64,000 bases of DNA from Cenococcum geophilum (taxonomy: Eukaryota): the NCBI GenBank assembly GCA_050273025.1, contig CP158635.1, positions 31,496,001 through 31,560,000 of the forward strand, in the 5' to 3' direction. The notes under the pieces were generated by a model. The model worked only from the letters and a program-made list of their open reading frames with translations, made no database searches and was not told where the DNA came from. Of the stretch, positions 62,676 to 64,000 are shown one piece after another (the first letter of the stretch is position 1; each line of letters opens with the position of its first letter). Both the position numbers and the translations under genes were made by a program.

Positions 62676-64000
62676 TATAATAAAGCCTTATAGCAGGAAC
62701 TACGGTGGACTTATTAATAGGCTAGGTATATAGGTAAACAAGAAGTCAATAACGTAATAATAACTAGTGGAGTGGTTGCCTAATAGATTAACTCTAATTA
62801 TATTCTAAGATTTACTATAAAGAAGAGAAACTATTTATAGAGACCGTACGTCCTTAAATATATAACTCCTCCCTATAGTAAAGAGTTTAGTACATTAGTA
62901 TGTTAATATATTAGTACGTCGCGTTTCTATATTCCTATATTCCCATATTCTAAACTTATAACATAACTAGTTATATAACTTAGCTACCCCTTATTTTATA
63001 GCTTAATTAGTTTTAGCGCCTTCTATACTATCTTAACTAACCCGTTTATATCTTTTCTTAATAGTTATACTACTGCTAATATAAGGTCTGTAATACTATC
63101 CCCCTTCTCTTTATTTTTGTCCTTAAAGATATCTCCTATCTCTAAGTCGTCTATTAAAGGTATAGCATTCTCATCTTTAATTTAATAACCTTTATTATTC
63201 CTAATACCTTCTATTAGATCTTTTACGTCTAATTATTATAACTAGCTAGTAACGTTTATTCTATTACTTAGTAAAGTTATACTATCCTATTATTATTATG
63301 CGAAGAAGAAGTTAGTATATATTATAATTGCAGCTCTATCTAGTTACTAACCTTCTTTCTATACTAAGTGTACGTAAGCAAACATATAATCGTCCTATAA
63401 TATTTAATCCATCTTTAATGCTAAGTATACGCGTTTTATTATTTTCTATAACTGTTTAGTTCCTTATTTAATCTGCTTTAGGGTTATATATTAATAGCGG
63501 CCGAAAAACTAGAGAGTAAGCTAGCTAAGGCCCTTATTAAGGTTTAGCGTTATTTTAATAAGGCGTCTTAGGCTCTAAAAGCTTAATTAAATACTTATAC
63601 TCGCTTAAGCCATCTAATAAAGGTGCGTAAAAAGGTACGCTTAAAAGAGCTTTGCTTAGTGGAGTAAGGTCTATCTAAATTAAAGGCTAAGGAGGCTAAA
63701 AAGGGTTCCGTTTAAGAAGAGGCGGAAATAGCTTATATGCTAGTAGTAGATCCCTTAGATAATCTAGCTCGTCTATTACCTTTAACTAATCCTTTTATCT
63801 TAGGCTCCTTCTTAATATTACTTAACCTATTTTCTTTTAATACTCCTATACCTTTCCTATAACATTTTTTAAATTCTATAGTAGTTTCTAGGTAGTTTTA
63901 TTATAGCCTATCTACTTAACCTTATACTATATTTTGTTGTTAATATCTTTATAACTAATAATCTTTAAAACTTGCTATTTATCTTCCTCTTATCCTCTAT
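62676..64000 (-). mobile_element. 3' end of a third family-A Gypsy (A3): LTR 62676-63095, PPT, accessory region, chromodomain; runs off the window
   Basis: Inverted homolog of 59110-60420 with a 420-bp LTR. Confidence 0.9.
63204..63825 (+). pseudogene. Antisense Zn(II)2Cys6-like plus coiled-coil accessory gene of family A (copy 3), intron 63427-63481
   Basis: Same six-position spacing, with the fifth Cys surviving as TGT (63369-63371). Exon 2 reads AAEKLES.LA.AL...RL..L.KVRKKVR.KEL.LVE*GLS.L. Confidence 0.75.

Overview
Filamentous ascomycete (Pezizomycotina-type) DNA with a sharp two-isochore layout. Most of the window is AT-rich, RIP-mutated (TpA-saturated) and made of deeply nested transposons: several Ty3/Gypsy chromoviral LTR retrotransposons with resolvable LTRs and target-site duplications (TSDs), a Tad1-like LINE, an Ngaro/DIRS-type tyrosine-recombinase retroelement, many solo LTRs and several MITE-like elements. 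The GC-balanced gene content is a 3-exon nitrilase (4641-5761), a 14-exon alpha-1,3-glucan synthase (minus strand, 14282-22230) divergently paired with a GPI-anchored GH13 alpha-amylase/glucanotransferase (24049-25910), and an NRPS condensation-domain pseudogene fragment. Main observations: (1) two unrelated Gypsy families each carry, between chromodomain and polypurine tract (PPT), an antisense, intron-containing gene for a six-cysteine zinc-cluster-like protein, which can be read once RIP is mentally reversed (4 copies); (2) the 22-kb gene island is bracketed by about 100-bp inverted, hairpin-containing repeats; (3) the glucan synthase needs a weak GC-AG intron at the junction between its extracellular and synthase halves; (4) a roughly 137-bp MITE family with an AT TSD in a palindromic target. 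All calls come from manual reading; no database searches were run.
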